A program made the translations under genes and the position numbers. This document shows positions 8,954 to 19,902 of a stretch of DNA of 64,000 nt, one piece after another. The stretch covers positions 15,719 to 79,718 of the forward strand of contig CANLND010000011.1 of NCBI GenBank assembly GCA_947492585.1, written 5' to 3'. The notes beneath the pieces are model-generated. The model worked only from the letters and a program-made list of their open reading frames with translations, was not told where the DNA came from and ran no database searches. How positions within the stretch are numbered: the first letter of the stretch is position 1; each line of letters opens with the position of its first letter. The stretch is from an uncultured Rhodobacteraceae bacterium. GTDB taxonomy: Bacteria > Pseudomonadota > Alphaproteobacteria > Rhodobacterales > Rhodobacteraceae.

Positions 8954-10960
8954 TCAGAGGCCGGCCACGCGCGGTCGGCCGCTGGCCTCAACGGTAATCT
9001 GCGCCTCTACAAATACATCGCGGCTTTCCACCTCAGCGGTGCGAATGTCGCGATTGACTGTCACCGTGATGTCATCAGCGCCTGCCGCTTCTACCGTATC
9101 ACGCGCAACGCTCAACAGGGCGTCTTCCAACGCCTGTAACGCCGCCTCAGAGGCATTGAAATCCTGCGGCGCGCCTTCGAAATGCACCCGAAACAGGCCT
9201 TCGGACGGGGCGGTCACCGCGCCGCTGCAGCGCTGTACCACCTGCCCCACCACCGCGCCGATGGCATTGGCCACACCTGCATGTTCAGGCAGCACCATTT
9301 TGCAATTCAGATGTCTGCCCACCGCCGGATAATAACTGGGCGCCGAGGCCCCCAGCCCAATCACCTCCACATTCAACGCTGCATCAAGCGCCAAAAGACC
9401 CCGATGCCCCGCCAATCCACGTTGCACCAACACATGCTGCGCCAAGACCTGTGGCGCCACGCCAAACGTCTCAGTCTCTTCGGCAAACGCCGCCTCCAGC
9501 AGGATCTGCGCCGTTTGCTGGGTCAGTTGATCTACAATCAATTCCGCCAGCGTTTGCGCGTCCGGCGCCAGTCGATTGCCGCTGCCCACCCGGCGACGCG
9601 CCAGCAGGGTCAGCGCTTTTTCCGCGGCCTCGGTGTCCCAGCTGTCCAACCGCCCCAGAACATGGCTGGCATCCGACGGGGTGACACCCGCAACCTGCAC
9701 CAACCCTCGCGCCAGCAGTTTTTGCAAGGTCCCTTGCGCCATTCGGTTGCGTAAAATATCGCCAAGCGGATGCACCTCGCGGCCAATCCGCGCCAACAAG
9801 CTGCTCTCGCGGTCGGTCAGCCCAACCACCTGCACCCCAGGCACCGCGCGCACAAATGTGCCGTCGTGATCGCTGATCAATGGTGCGGCCAGCGCCGTAT
9901 CCAGCGCGCCGTGCACCACATCGGGGGCCTCCTGTGCGATCAAAGACACCGGCAGCACCCGCCGGGGGCCCAAAACCAGACCGCCCGCCAATCCGCTGGT
10001 GGTGACATGCACCTGACTGTCTCCTCCCAGACCCGTGGTGCGCATGGCCACTGCTTCGACCATGGTGCGAAATCCCCCCACCTCAGCCCCGGCCGGATCA
10101 ATCGCCGGGCGCCCGTCCCGGATCAGTGCCACATCGGTGGTGGTGCCGCCAATATCGCTGACCATGGCATTGTCGGCCCCCGTCAACCAGCGCGCCCCGA
10201 CGATCGACGCGGCTGGCCCGCTTAGAATGGTTTCAATCGGGCGCGCCCGCGCCGCACTGCTGCGCATCAACGCCCCATCACCGCGCACCACCATCATCGG
10301 AGCCGCAATCCCAAGATCCTGCAAACAGGCCTCAGCCCGACCAATCAGCCCTTCGATCATGCCGATCAGACGCGCGTTCAGCACCGCCGTCACCGCCCGT
10401 TTGGGCCCATTCAATTTCGCCGAAAGCTGCGAGGAACATGTCACCGGCTTCCCGGTCATCTCCTGAATGCGCTGCGCCACCTGTTGTTCATGCAGCGGAT
10501 TGCGGGTGGCAAACAGGCTGGCCACGGCAAACCCGCTCACCGCATGCCCATGCGCCGCCAAAAACACATCAAGCGCCTGAAAATCCAACGGCGCGGCTTC
10601 TTGCCCGGAATGGCTATGCCCGCCGGACATCACCAGAACCGGATCGCCTTTTAGCGCCTCAGACAGCCCATGACGGTCCAGATCCGTTTCGGAAAACCCG
10701 ACATAGATCAGCGCCACACGCCCGCCCTGTGCTTCGACCAGCGCATTGGTGGCAAGTGTGGTCGACAAAGCAGCCATGCCAATCTGTGCCGGATCGACGC
10801 CCGACTGGTCCAACACAGCCTGCACCGCCGCGCCAACGCCAAGCGCCAGATCCTGCCGGGTGGTCAGGGCTTTGGCACTGGCGATCACCTCAACATCATC
10901 GCGGATCAATACCGCATCGGTGTAGGTCCCGCCCGTATCGACGCCCAAAAGAAGTGCCAT
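8954..10960 (-). CDS. Hydantoinase/oxoprolinase family protein (HyuA/OplA-like)
   Basis: GVDTGGTYTDAV, STTLATNAL, TILSGPAASIVG, SDIGGTTTD, GLGGDS, ANAIGA. Confidence 0.9.
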   Translation of the reverse strand: MALLLGVDTGGTYTDAVLIRDDVEVIASAKALTTRQDLALGVGAAVQAVLDQSGVDPAQIGMAALSTTLATNALVEAQGGRVALIYVGFSETDLDRHGLSEALKGDPVLVMSGGHSHSGQEAAPLDFQALDVFLAAHGHAVSGFAVASLFATRNPLHEQQVAQRIQEMTGKPVTCSSQLSAKLNGPKRAVTAVLNARLIGMIEGLIGRAEACLQDLGIAAPMMVVRGDGALMRSSAARARPIETILSGPAASIVGARWLTGADNAMVSDIGGTTTDVALIRDGRPAIDPAGAEVGGFRTMVEAVAMRTTGLGGDSQVHVTTSGLAGGLVLGPRRVLPVSLIAQEAPDVVHGALDTALAAPLISDHDGTFVRAVPGVQVVGLTDRESSLLARIGREVHPLGDILRNRMAQGTLQKLLARGLVQVAGVTPSDASHVLGRLDSWDTEAAEKALTLLARRRVGSGNRLAPDAQTLAELIVDQLTQQTAQILLEAAFAEETETFGVAPQVLAQHVLVQRGLAGHRGLLALDAALNVEVIGLGASAPSYYPAVGRHLNCKMVLPEHAGVANAIGAVVGQVVQRCSGAVTAPSEGLFRVHFEGAPQDFNASEAALQALEDALLSVARDTVEAAGADDITVTVNRDIRTAEVESRDVFVEAQITVEASGRPRVAGL

Positions 10961-11019
10961 ATTTCATCCTTCACGTCACAGAGGCTTTGAATAGGGTCTA
11001 ACGCCTGTTTCCGACCGGT

Positions 11020-12078
11020 CTATCCCGCCTGCGCCATGTCCAACTGCTTCAGCGCCCAGGTCGCGGCCTCTGCCACGGTTGGGTCCGGATCTGTCACCAA
11101 TTGCGCAGCCGTCGCCCGCAGATCTGCCTCGCCCGAATTGCCAATGGCGTACAGCACGTTGCGCACAAACCGATCCCGCCCAATCCGTTTGATGGGCGAG
11201 CCGGAAAAGAACGCCCGAAACGCGGCATCATCCAGCACGGCAAGTTCGGCCAGTTTCGGCGCGATCAATTCATCCCGCGCGCTATAGCGCATGTCACTGG
11301 CGGCCACGGCAAATTTATTCCACGGACACGCCGCCAGGCAATCATCACAGCCATAGATGCGATTGCCCAGCTTGGCACGCAGCTCCGGCATAATCGGGCC
11401 TTTGTGTTCAATCGTCAGATAGGAAATGCAGCGCCGCGCATCCAGCTGATAGGGCGCGGGAAAAGCATCGGTGGGACAGGCGGTCAGACAGGACCGGCAC
11501 GAGCCGCAATGGTCTGGCTCGGCCCCATCCACGGGCAGATCTAAGGTGGTAAAAACAGAGCCTATAAAGGCCCAATTCCCAAAATCACGGCTAACCAGAT
11601 TGGTGTGTTTCCCTTGCCACCCCAGCCCCGCGGCCTGGGCCAACGGTTTTTCAGGCACCGGCGCGGTGTCCACAAATACCTTTACGGCCGTGCTGTCACC
11701 GGTTTCGGCAATCAACCACCGCGCCAGCCGTTTCAGGCGTTTTTTGACCAGATCATGGTAATCCCTGTTGCGCGCATACACCGACACCGCACCGCGATCT
11801 GGCTGGCCAATTACCGCCGTCGGATCTTCGTCTGGCGTATAGCTTTCTGCCAGCATAATCACCGATTGCGCTTCGGGCCACAGCTGGGCGGGGTCGCCGC
11901 GCCAATGCTTGCGCTCTTCCATCCACCCCATTTGCCCATGATATCCTGCGTCGAGGAAGGCCTCCAAACGTGCAGGCACCTCGGGCACATCCCACGGGCG
12001 GCAGATGCGACAGGCCACAAACCCCTCGGCCAGCGCTTGCTGAACCAGCCGCGTTTTCAGATCTGAATTGTCAGTCAT
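11020..12078 (-). CDS. queG: Epoxyqueuosine reductase
   Basis: [61 protein letters not shown]. Confidence 0.96.
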   Translation of the reverse strand: MTDNSDLKTRLVQQALAEGFVACRICRPWDVPEVPARLEAFLDAGYHGQMGWMEERKHWRGDPAQLWPEAQSVIMLAESYTPDEDPTAVIGQPDRGAVSVYARNRDYHDLVKKRLKRLARWLIAETGDSTAVKVFVDTAPVPEKPLAQAAGLGWQGKHTNLVSRDFGNWAFIGSVFTTLDLPVDGAEPDHCGSCRSCLTACPTDAFPAPYQLDARRCISYLTIEHKGPIMPELRAKLGNRIYGCDDCLAACPWNKFAVAASDMRYSARDELIAPKLAELAVLDDAAFRAFFSGSPIKRIGRDRFVRNVLYAIGNSGEADLRATAAQLVTDPDPTVAEAATWALKQLDMAQAG

Positions 12079-12120
12079 AGGACTATCTACTGTCTGCCCC
12101 CGCCTTCCGGCAAGGCGGGA

Positions 12121-12786
12121 TTAAAAATCCAGATCGGCATAATGTTCGGGCGGGCGAAAACCAGAAATTTGATCCGCCAGAATAGAGCGAAACGCCGGGC
12201 GGGATTTAATCTTGGCATACCAGTCTTTTACCGCAGCCGACCGGTTCCAATCCACATCCGAGATATAGTCCAAAGACGACAAATGCGCCGCCGCCGCAAA
12301 ATCAGCCAAAGTCATATTGTCCCCCGCCAACCAACGACGGTGGTCCAGAAGCCAGGCCATATAATCCAGATGATATTTGATCGCCTTGGCCCCGGCCTTG
12401 ACGTTTTTACTGTCGGGATACCCTTCACCGGTAACCTTCTTGTTCACCCGCTCATACAGCAGTTTTGAAGTCACCTCATGGTGGAATTTATCATCAAACC
12501 AGCTGATCAGGCGGCGCACTTCAAACCGAGTTTCCGAATCCGTGGGCATCAGGCGCGGCTCGGGACGGGTTTCTTCCAGATATTCGCAGATCGCAGCGCT
12601 TTCGGACATCATAATGCCATCCAGACGCAACACAGGGATCTTGGCCGCGGGATTGCGGCGCAGAAAATCCGGGTCTTTCTCCCAATAGCGCTCTTCGATC
12701 AGCTCAACCTCAATTTTCTTCTCTGCCAATGACAGGCGCACCTTGCGGCAAAATGGGGAAAGAGGGACGTGATACAGACGGGCCAT
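12121..12786 (-). CDS. fzlA: GST-like FtsZ-binding protein FzlA
   Basis: GST fold (LSPFCRKVRL..NPAAKIP..ES.AICEYL..ADFAAAAHLS..WYAKIKSRPAFR) in the alphaproteobacterial mtgA-fzlA-queG context. Confidence 0.8.
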   Translation of the reverse strand: MARLYHVPLSPFCRKVRLSLAEKKIEVELIEERYWEKDPDFLRRNPAAKIPVLRLDGIMMSESAAICEYLEETRPEPRLMPTDSETRFEVRRLISWFDDKFHHEVTSKLLYERVNKKVTGEGYPDSKNVKAGAKAIKYHLDYMAWLLDHRRWLAGDNMTLADFAAAAHLSSLDYISDVDWNRSAAVKDWYAKIKSRPAFRSILADQISGFRPPEHYADLDF

Positions 12787-12854
12787 CGGGGAACGCAGAC
12801 TCCAAATCAGTGGTACATAATTATCTTAGGACATGCCCAAACAGGCCGGAAACT

Positions 12855-13616
12855 TCAATCCTCGAAACAGGCTGCGCGACCATCTGCGCGGATCGTGGCT
12901 GCGCCGTCGCGAATGCGTTCGGCGCGCTTTGACAAAGATTCGCTGGGATTCGCGGCGGATCTCCCTCTGGGGTTGGGCAAAACCGCCGCCAATAGGGCAG
13001 CTTGGCGCGAGGTCAACTCATCCGGGCCGCGGCCAAAATATTTGCGCGCGCCGGCTTCGACGCCAAATACGCCTTCGTCGACCTCCGCCACATTCAGATA
13101 AACCTCAAGGATGCGGCGTTTGCTCCACACCGCTTCCACCACCGGGGTCAGCATGGTTTCCAACGCCTTGCGCAACCAACTGCGCTCTTGCCACAAAAAG
13201 ACGTTTTTCACCACTTGCTGCGACAGGGTTGATCCCCCCCGTTTGCGCCCACCTTCAATAGCGGCGCGAATCGCTGAAATGTCAAAACCCCAGTGAGTAC
13301 AATAATTTGCATCTTCAGCAGCAACGACAGACCGCACCATCACGGGGGCAATATCTTCGATCGGAACCCACTCTCGGTCCACATCACCCAGCCGCTGTTT
13401 TTCGGCCCAGATGGTGTGAGTGATGGGGGGATTAACCACCGAAAACAATAGGATCAGAAACACTGCAAATGCTGCGATCCCCAATGCCACACGGATGACC
13501 CAACGCCGCAACCGGCGCAGCGGATGGAACCCTGCGCGCCGCTCAGCGCGTTTGTCAGTGTGTTTGCCTGCGCCTTTGCCCGTGGGCTTTTTTGTTGCTT
13601 TTGCTGCCTTCGCCAT
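12855..13616 (-). CDS. mtgA: Monofunctional peptidoglycan transglycosylase
   Basis: GT51 motifs AAEDANY, GGSTLSQQVVKN, RKALE, KRRILEVYLN. Start moved to ATG 13616. Confidence 0.93.
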   Translation of the reverse strand: MAKAAKATKKPTGKGAGKHTDKRAERRAGFHPLRRLRRWVIRVALGIAAFAVFLILLFSVVNPPITHTIWAEKQRLGDVDREWVPIEDIAPVMVRSVVAAEDANYCTHWGFDISAIRAAIEGGRKRGGSTLSQQVVKNVFLWQERSWLRKALETMLTPVVEAVWSKRRILEVYLNVAEVDEGVFGVEAGARKYFGRGPDELTSRQAALLAAVLPNPRGRSAANPSESLSKRAERIRDGAATIRADGRAACFED

Positions 13617-13668
13617 ACCCCCTCTATAATCCAGCCTGCGCCAGATCACCAAGGGGGCATTCACACAG

Positions 13669-13700
13669 AAAAAAACCCGCAAGCGAAACACTTGCGGGTT
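13669..13700 (-). terminator. Intrinsic terminator after gltB
   Basis: On the minus strand AACCCGCAAG-TGTTTCG-CTTGCGGGTT followed by a T run. Confidence 0.85.
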
Positions 13701-13723
13701 AGTTGGGGATTTATGGGCAGAAA

Positions 13724-16700
13724 TTACTCTGCTGGAATGGCCGCGGCCTCGGCCACAATCGGGTGCACCAGCTTGTCCAGCATCTCCTTGGGGCAGACCT
13801 GAACAAAGTTGGCCTTTTCGGTGTCCCAATGCTGCAAAATCTCAGCCGCCTTACGGCTGCCAGTTTCCGCAAGATGCTGTTCAATCAGGCCTTTCAGCTG
13901 ATCTTCCCAATGCGCCACGGTCACGGCGCAGGTCACCACGCCCTCCATGTTCATCAGGTCCTCGGCATTTTCTTCTGGGTCATACAGATACGCCATGCCG
14001 CCGGTCATCCCAGCGCCAAAGTTGGCCCCAATGGAGCCCAGAATAACCGCCACACCACCGGTCATGTATTCACACCCGTTAGAGCCACAGCCCTCGATCA
14101 CCACTTTGGCGCCCGAGTTGCGCACCGCAAAGCGTTCACCGGCACGACCCGCGGCAAACAGATAGCCATCGGTGGCACCATACAGAACTGTATTGCCGAT
14201 GATGGTGTTTTCCGAGGCCTGCAACGGGCTGACCTGCTGCGGACGCACCGTGATGGTGCCCCCCGACAAACCCTTCCCGACATAGTCATTGGCATCGCCC
14301 GAGACTTCCAGTTTCAGGCCCGGCGCGGCAAAGGCGCCAAGTGACTGACCAGCAGACCCTTGCAGCTTCACCGTCAGGTGATCGGATTGCAGCGTGTTGC
14401 GCATACCAAAGTTGCGCACAATGTGGCTTGAGGTGCGTGTGCCCACGGTGCGATGGGTGTTTTGCACCGCATAAGACAGCTGCATCTTTTCACCATCCTG
14501 CAAGAAGCGCGCCGCATCACGGACAATTTCGGCATCCAGCGTGTCTGGCACTTCGTTGCGACCGCGTTCACGGTTGTAAACAATATCATGCGCACCATCG
14601 ACGGTGATCAACAGCGGGTTCAGGTCCAGATCGTCCAGATGCGCTGATCCACGTGAAACTTGTGCCAGCAAATCAGCGCGGCCGATGACCTCATCCAAGC
14701 TGCGCGCCCCGATGGAGGCCAGAATTTCACGGACTTCCTGCGCATAGAATGTGATCAGATTCACGACCTTATCTGCATTGCCGGTGAACTTACCGCGCAG
14801 ATCGTCATCCTGAGTACACACGCCCACAGGGCAAGTGTTGGACTGACACTGGCGGACCATGATGCAGCCCATCGCGATCAATGCGGCGGTGCCGATGCCG
14901 TATTCCTCGGCCCCCAGCATCGCTGCCATAACAATATCCCGACCAGTGCGCAGACCGCCATCGGTGCGCAACGTCACCCGGTCCCGCAGGTTGTTCATCG
15001 CCAGAACTTGGTGCGCTTCGGTCAGGCCCATTTCCCACGGCAAGCCGCAGTATTTGATCGAGGTCGCAGGCGACGCCCCGGTGCCGCCATTGTGACCCGA
15101 AATCAGGATCACGTCGGCTTCGGCCTTGGCCACACCAGCTGCGATGGTGCCCACACCAGACGCCGCCACCAGTTTCACAGTCACCTTACAACGTGGGTTG
15201 ATCTGCTTCAGATCGTAGATCAGCTGTGCCAGATCTTCGATCGAATAGATGTCGTGGTGCGGCGGAGGTGAAATCAGCGTCACGCCTTTGGTCGAGTGAC
15301 GCAGACGTGCAATCAGGTCGGTGACCTTCATCCCCGGCAGCTGGCCACCCTCGCCGGGTTTCGCGCCCTGTGCGACTTTGATCTCCAGCTCTTCACACTG
15401 GTTCAGGTATTCGGCAGTGACCCCAAAACGACCAGAGGCGACCTGTTTGATCTTGGCCGACGGGTTGTCGCCATTGGGTTCGGGGTGGAAATGTGCGGGA
15501 TCTTCGCCGCCTTCACCAGAATCTGACTTGGCCCCAATTCGGTTCATCGCCACGTTCAGGGTTTTATGCGCCTCAGGCGACAACGCCCCCAGCGACATGC
15601 CCGGAGTCACAAACCGCTTGCGGATCGACGTGATAGATTCGACCTCTTCCAGCGGCACAGCCTCACCCAAAGGTTTGATGTGCAGCAGATCGCGCAGGTG
15701 GATCGGCGGATTTGATTGCATCTTGGCGGAATACTGCTTCCACAGCTCAAACGACGCTTTGTTACACGCCATCTGCATCATATGCATCGAGGTCGCTTCC
15801 CAGGCGTGGGTCTCGCCGGTTTTACGCGCCTTGTAAAAGCCACCGATGGGCAAAATGCCTTCGGCCATGCCCCAACCTTTGGCGTGTATTTCTTCGGCCT
15901 TGGACTGAATACCAGTCACACCAATGCCGGAAATACGGCTGGTCATGCCGGGGAAGAATTCCGCACACATGGCGCGCGACAGACCCACGGCCTCAAAATT
16001 CAAGCCCCCGCGATATGACGAAACAACCGAAATGCCCATTTTGGCCATGATCTTCAGCAGACCCTGATCGATCGCCTCACGATAGCGCGCGACGTTTTCG
16101 GTCAACGTACCATCCAGCAGACCACGCTCAATACGATCCGCCAGTGAATCTTCGGCAAGATAGGCGTTCACAACGGTCGCACCACAGCCGATCAGCACGG
16201 CAAAATAATGCGGATCCATACATTCAGCAGCACGCACGTTCAGCGAACAGAAGGTACGCAGACCCTTGCGGGTCAGATGACTGTGCACCGCGGATGTCGC
16301 CAGAATCATCGGCACCGACACTTTGTCAGCGCTGGAATATTGATCGGTCAGCACAATGTGGCCAGCCCCCGAACGCACCGCCTCTTCGGCCTCGGCGCGG
16401 ATCCGGTTCAAGGCCGCGTTCAGCGCGCCCGTGCCCGCTTCAAACGAACAGTCGATTTCCGCCAATGGCGCCGCAAACTGCTCCACCAGCTTGTCCCATT
16501 GGGCGTTGCCAACAAATGGGCTTTCTAGAACGATGATCTCGGTCTGGCTGCTGTCTTCGTCCAACACGTTTTTCAAGTTCCCAAAACGCGTTTTCAGCGA
16601 CATCACCCGGAATTCACGCAGGCTGTCAATCGGCGGGTTGGTCACCTGGCTAAAGTTCTGACGGAAGAAATGGCTCAGCGGGCGATACATCTTGGACAGA

Positions 16701-18256
16701 ACTGCCGAAGGTGTGTCATCCCCCATAGACGCCAAGGATTCCTTGCCGTCTTCGGCCATTGGCGACAGGATTTGCTCCAGATCTTCAATGGTATACCCGG
16801 CCGCGATCTGACGACGGCGCAGCTCTTCACCTTCAAACAAAGGCGCTTCCTCAACGCCGCTCAGCGTGGCATCGAGATCCGCAATTTTACCAACCCAGTC
16901 GCCAAACGGCAGGGCGCGCGCCAGTTTGTTCTTGATCTCAGTGTCGTGAAACAGCTTGCCGTTCTTCATGTCCACTGCCAGCATCTGACCAGGGCCCAGC
17001 GCGCCTTTTTCGACAACACCAGCTTCGTCAATCGGCACCATGCCGGCTTCAGACCCTGCAATCACCAGACCATCACCGGTGACGACATATCGCATCGGGC
17101 GCAGACCGTTACGGTCCAGACCCGCACAAACCCAGCGACCATCGGTCATTGCCAGTGCGGCGGGACCATCCCAGGGTTCCATCACCGAATTGCAGTAGGA
17201 ATACATATCCCGCCAGGCTTTGGGCAGCTCCAGCGCCTGTTTGGACCAGCTTTCGGGCACCAGCATGGTTTTGGCCATCGGCGCCGAGCGACCGGCACGG
17301 ACCAGAACTTCAAACACCGAATCCAGCGCCGCCGAATCGGACGACCCCCCGGCGATGATCGGTTTGATATCATCCGCGTAATCGCCAAAGGTTGCCGAGG
17401 CCATACGGATTTCATGGCTCTTCATCCAGTTGGTGTTGCCCTTCAGCGTGTTGATTTCGCCGTTGTGCGCCAACATACGGAACGGCTGTGCCAGCCACCA
17501 CTGTGGGAAGGTATTGGTGGAATAGCGCTGGTGATAGATCGCAAAGGCGCTTTCAAAGCGGTCGTCCATCAGGTCGGGGTAGAACACCGCAACCTGTTCG
17601 GCCAGCATCATGCCCTTGTAGATGATCGAGCGGCACGACAGCGACGCAATGTACAATTCACCCACTTGGGCCGCAGCTGCCGCTTTTTCGATACGGCGAC
17701 GGATCACATACAATTCACGCTCAAAGGTGTCTTCATCAACGCCTTTGGAGTTCGAAATCAGGATCTGTTCAATCTCAGGACGGGTGGCGTTGGCTTTTTC
17801 GCCCAGGCAGGCCACATCAACCGGCACATGACGCCAGCCGTAGATGAAATAGCCCATCCGCAGAATTTCGGTTTCAACAATGGTCCGGCAGGTTTCCTGC
17901 GCGCCAAAATCGGTACGTGGCAGAAATACCTGCCCCACTGCCACCAATTCATCCATCCGCGGCTTGTGGCCGGTGCGCTCGATCTGATCGTAGAAGAATT
18001 TGACCGGGATCTGCACGTGAATGCCCGCGCCATCACCGGTTGCCCCGTCCGCATCCACAGCACCACGGTGCCAGATGGCCTTGAGCGCATCGATGCCCGC
18101 TTCAACCACCTTGCGGCTTCTCTTTCCGTCTACGGAAACAACAAGACCCACACCACAAGAGGAATGCTCTTCTTCTTCGGTGTACAGCCCGTTTTCGGAC
18201 ATCCACTTGCGTTTTGCTTCTTCAGCGCGCGCCCAGTCTGCATCATATTTCGTCAT
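13724..18256 (-). CDS. gltB: Glutamate synthase large subunit
   Basis: 1510 aa with SSCGVG Ntn cysteine, HQRYSTNT, HNGEINT, QVASGRFGV, QGAKPGEGGQLP and Fe-S motif GCIMVRQCQSNTCP. Confidence 0.99.
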   Translation of the reverse strand: MTKYDADWARAEEAKRKWMSENGLYTEEEEHSSCGVGLVVSVDGKRSRKVVEAGIDALKAIWHRGAVDADGATGDGAGIHVQIPVKFFYDQIERTGHKPRMDELVAVGQVFLPRTDFGAQETCRTIVETEILRMGYFIYGWRHVPVDVACLGEKANATRPEIEQILISNSKGVDEDTFERELYVIRRRIEKAAAAAQVGELYIASLSCRSIIYKGMMLAEQVAVFYPDLMDDRFESAFAIYHQRYSTNTFPQWWLAQPFRMLAHNGEINTLKGNTNWMKSHEIRMASATFGDYADDIKPIIAGGSSDSAALDSVFEVLVRAGRSAPMAKTMLVPESWSKQALELPKAWRDMYSYCNSVMEPWDGPAALAMTDGRWVCAGLDRNGLRPMRYVVTGDGLVIAGSEAGMVPIDEAGVVEKGALGPGQMLAVDMKNGKLFHDTEIKNKLARALPFGDWVGKIADLDATLSGVEEAPLFEGEELRRRQIAAGYTIEDLEQILSPMAEDGKESLASMGDDTPSAVLSKMYRPLSHFFRQNFSQVTNPPIDSLREFRVMSLKTRFGNLKNVLDEDSSQTEIIVLESPFVGNAQWDKLVEQFAAPLAEIDCSFEAGTGALNAALNRIRAEAEEAVRSGAGHIVLTDQYSSADKVSVPMILATSAVHSHLTRKGLRTFCSLNVRAAECMDPHYFAVLIGCGATVVNAYLAEDSLADRIERGLLDGTLTENVARYREAIDQGLLKIMAKMGISVVSSYRGGLNFEAVGLSRAMCAEFFPGMTSRISGIGVTGIQSKAEEIHAKGWGMAEGILPIGGFYKARKTGETHAWEATSMHMMQMACNKASFELWKQYSAKMQSNPPIHLRDLLHIKPLGEAVPLEEVESITSIRKRFVTPGMSLGALSPEAHKTLNVAMNRIGAKSDSGEGGEDPAHFHPEPNGDNPSAKIKQVASGRFGVTAEYLNQCEELEIKVAQGAKPGEGGQLPGMKVTDLIARLRHSTKGVTLISPPPHHDIYSIEDLAQLIYDLKQINPRCKVTVKLVAASGVGTIAAGVAKAEADVILISGHNGGTGASPATSIKYCGLPWEMGLTEAHQVLAMNNLRDRVTLRTDGGLRTGRDIVMAAMLGAEEYGIGTAALIAMGCIMVRQCQSNTCPVGVCTQDDDLRGKFTGNADKVVNLITFYAQEVREILASIGARSLDEVIGRADLLAQVSRGSAHLDDLDLNPLLITVDGAHDIVYNRERGRNEVPDTLDAEIVRDAARFLQDGEKMQLSYAVQNTHRTVGTRTSSHIVRNFGMRNTLQSDHLTVKLQGSAGQSLGAFAAPGLKLEVSGDANDYVGKGLSGGTITVRPQQVSPLQASENTIIGNTVLYGATDGYLFAAGRAGERFAVRNSGAKVVIEGCGSNGCEYMTGGVAVILGSIGANFGAGMTGGMAYLYDPEENAEDLMNMEGVVTCAVTVAHWEDQLKGLIEQHLAETGSRKAAEILQHWDTEKANFVQVCPKEMLDKLVHPIVAEAAAIPAE

Positions 18257-18393
18257 TGGCTGTTTCCTTCTTCAGAGGCAACATTGCTATTCTTTAGGTC
18301 ATTCTTGCTGACCAAAACGGAAAAGGGGGCGACCTCAGCGCTGCACAGGCGGTGCACGCCCGGTGCACAGATGGCACCCCCAATGAATTTGGC

Positions 18394-19833
18394 TTATTCG
18401 GCCGCCACGGCAGAGGCGGCGTTGAATGTCTCAAGGATCGCTTCAGCGCAATCCCGGCCGTCTTTGATGGCCCAGACCACCAGTGAGGCCCCGCGCACGA
18501 TGTCACCCACCGCATAAACGCCGTCCATTTCGGTGGCACCTGTCTGGTATTCCGCCTTGATCGTGCCCCAACGGGTCACTGGCAGATCCGGCTGGTTCCA
18601 CAGGGTTGGCAGCGCTTCAGGAGAGAAGCCCAGCGCCTTGATCACCAGATCCGCCTCTTCGACATAATCCGCACCTTCAATCACTTCAGGCGCCTGACGG
18701 CCGGACGCATCGGGCTGACCCAAACGCATCTTTTGCACCATTACGCCGCTGACGCTTTCGTCGCCGGTAAACCCTTTGGGGGCAGACAGCCATTCAAACA
18801 CCACGCCTTCTTCTTCTGCGTTCTGGGTTTCACGCTGTGACCCAGGCATATTGGCGCGGTCACGACGGTACAGGCATTTGACCGAGGTCGCGCCCTGACG
18901 GATCGAGGTCCGCACACAATCCATCGCTGTGTCACCGCCACCGATGACCACAACTTTTTTGCCGCTTGCGTTCAACTCACCCGACGTGAATTCAGCAACC
19001 TCATCGCCAAAGTTCGACGCCTTATTGGACACGGTCAGGAAATCAATAGCCTTGACGATGCCCTTGGCACCCGAGCCCGGCAGCTCAAGATCGCGGGATT
19101 TATACACGCCAGTGGCAATGATCACCGCATCATGTTTGGCGCGGATCTCTTCAAATGAGATATCTTCGCCAATGTTGCAGTTCATCACAAAGGTCACCCC
19201 CCCATCAGCCAGCAGCTGATTGCGGCGCATCACCACGTCTTTTTCCAGTTTGAAGCCGGGAATGCCGTAAGTGAGCAATCCACCCGCGCGATCATAGCGG
19301 TCATATACAGTGACCTGCACGCCTGCTTTGCGCAGCATGTCCGCCGCCGCAAGACCACCGGGGCCTGCGCCAATGATGCCGACGCTTTCGCTGCGTTCCG
19401 CAGTGGGGGCATTGGGTTTGACCCAGCCTTTGTCCCAGGCCGTATCAGTGATGTATTTTTCCACCGCGCCAATGGTCACGGTACCGTGGCCGGACTGTTC
19501 AATCACACAGTTGCCTTCACACAGACGGTCTTGCGGGCAAATCCGGCCGCAGATCTCGGGGAAGGTATTGGTGGCCTGTGACGTTGCATAAGCCTCTTCC
19601 AAACGGCCAGTCGCGGTCAGGCGCAGCCAGTCAGGGATATTGTTGTGCAAGGGGCAGTGCGATTGGCAATAGGGCACGCCACACTGGCTGCACCGGCTGG
19701 CTTGCTCTTCGGCTTTGACGGCGGCGAACTCTTGGTAAATCTCGTCGAAATCTTCTGCCCGTACCGTGGCCGCCCGCTTATCTGGCATGTCACGTTCGAC
19801 TTGGACAAATTTGAGCATTGGTTGCTTGGCCAC
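18394..19833 (-). CDS. gltD: Glutamate synthase small subunit
   Basis: RCSQCGVPYCQSHCP, CGRICPQDRLCEGNC, GAGPGG, IGGGDTAMDC, GASLVVWA. Confidence 0.98.
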   Translation of the reverse strand: MAKQPMLKFVQVERDMPDKRAATVRAEDFDEIYQEFAAVKAEEQASRCSQCGVPYCQSHCPLHNNIPDWLRLTATGRLEEAYATSQATNTFPEICGRICPQDRLCEGNCVIEQSGHGTVTIGAVEKYITDTAWDKGWVKPNAPTAERSESVGIIGAGPGGLAAADMLRKAGVQVTVYDRYDRAGGLLTYGIPGFKLEKDVVMRRNQLLADGGVTFVMNCNIGEDISFEEIRAKHDAVIIATGVYKSRDLELPGSGAKGIVKAIDFLTVSNKASNFGDEVAEFTSGELNASGKKVVVIGGGDTAMDCVRTSIRQGATSVKCLYRRDRANMPGSQRETQNAEEEGVVFEWLSAPKGFTGDESVSGVMVQKMRLGQPDASGRQAPEVIEGADYVEEADLVIKALGFSPEALPTLWNQPDLPVTRWGTIKAEYQTGATEMDGVYAVGDIVRGASLVVWAIKDGRDCAEAILETFNAASAVAAE

Positions 19834-19887
19834 GGATTGCCTCCTTCATAAGCTGCCTGCGGGGGAAACCCGAAGTTGCGAAGTAAT

Positions 19888-19902
19888 GTCAGTATTGTTG
19901 AC
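19888..19902. promoter_or_regulatory. Candidate operator GTCA-N7-TGAC upstream of gltD
   Basis: GTCAGTATTGTTGAC inverted repeat about 55 bp upstream of the gltD start. Confidence 0.35.

Noticed and set aside
16670-18517. 615-aa plus-strand ORF, and similar long ORFs at 32830-33864, 37297-38337, 30443-31678 and 49180-50097
   Set aside because: They are antisense shadows of gltB, galU, dnaK, GT2 and infB, produced by high-GC codon bias, and carry no recognisable motifs.
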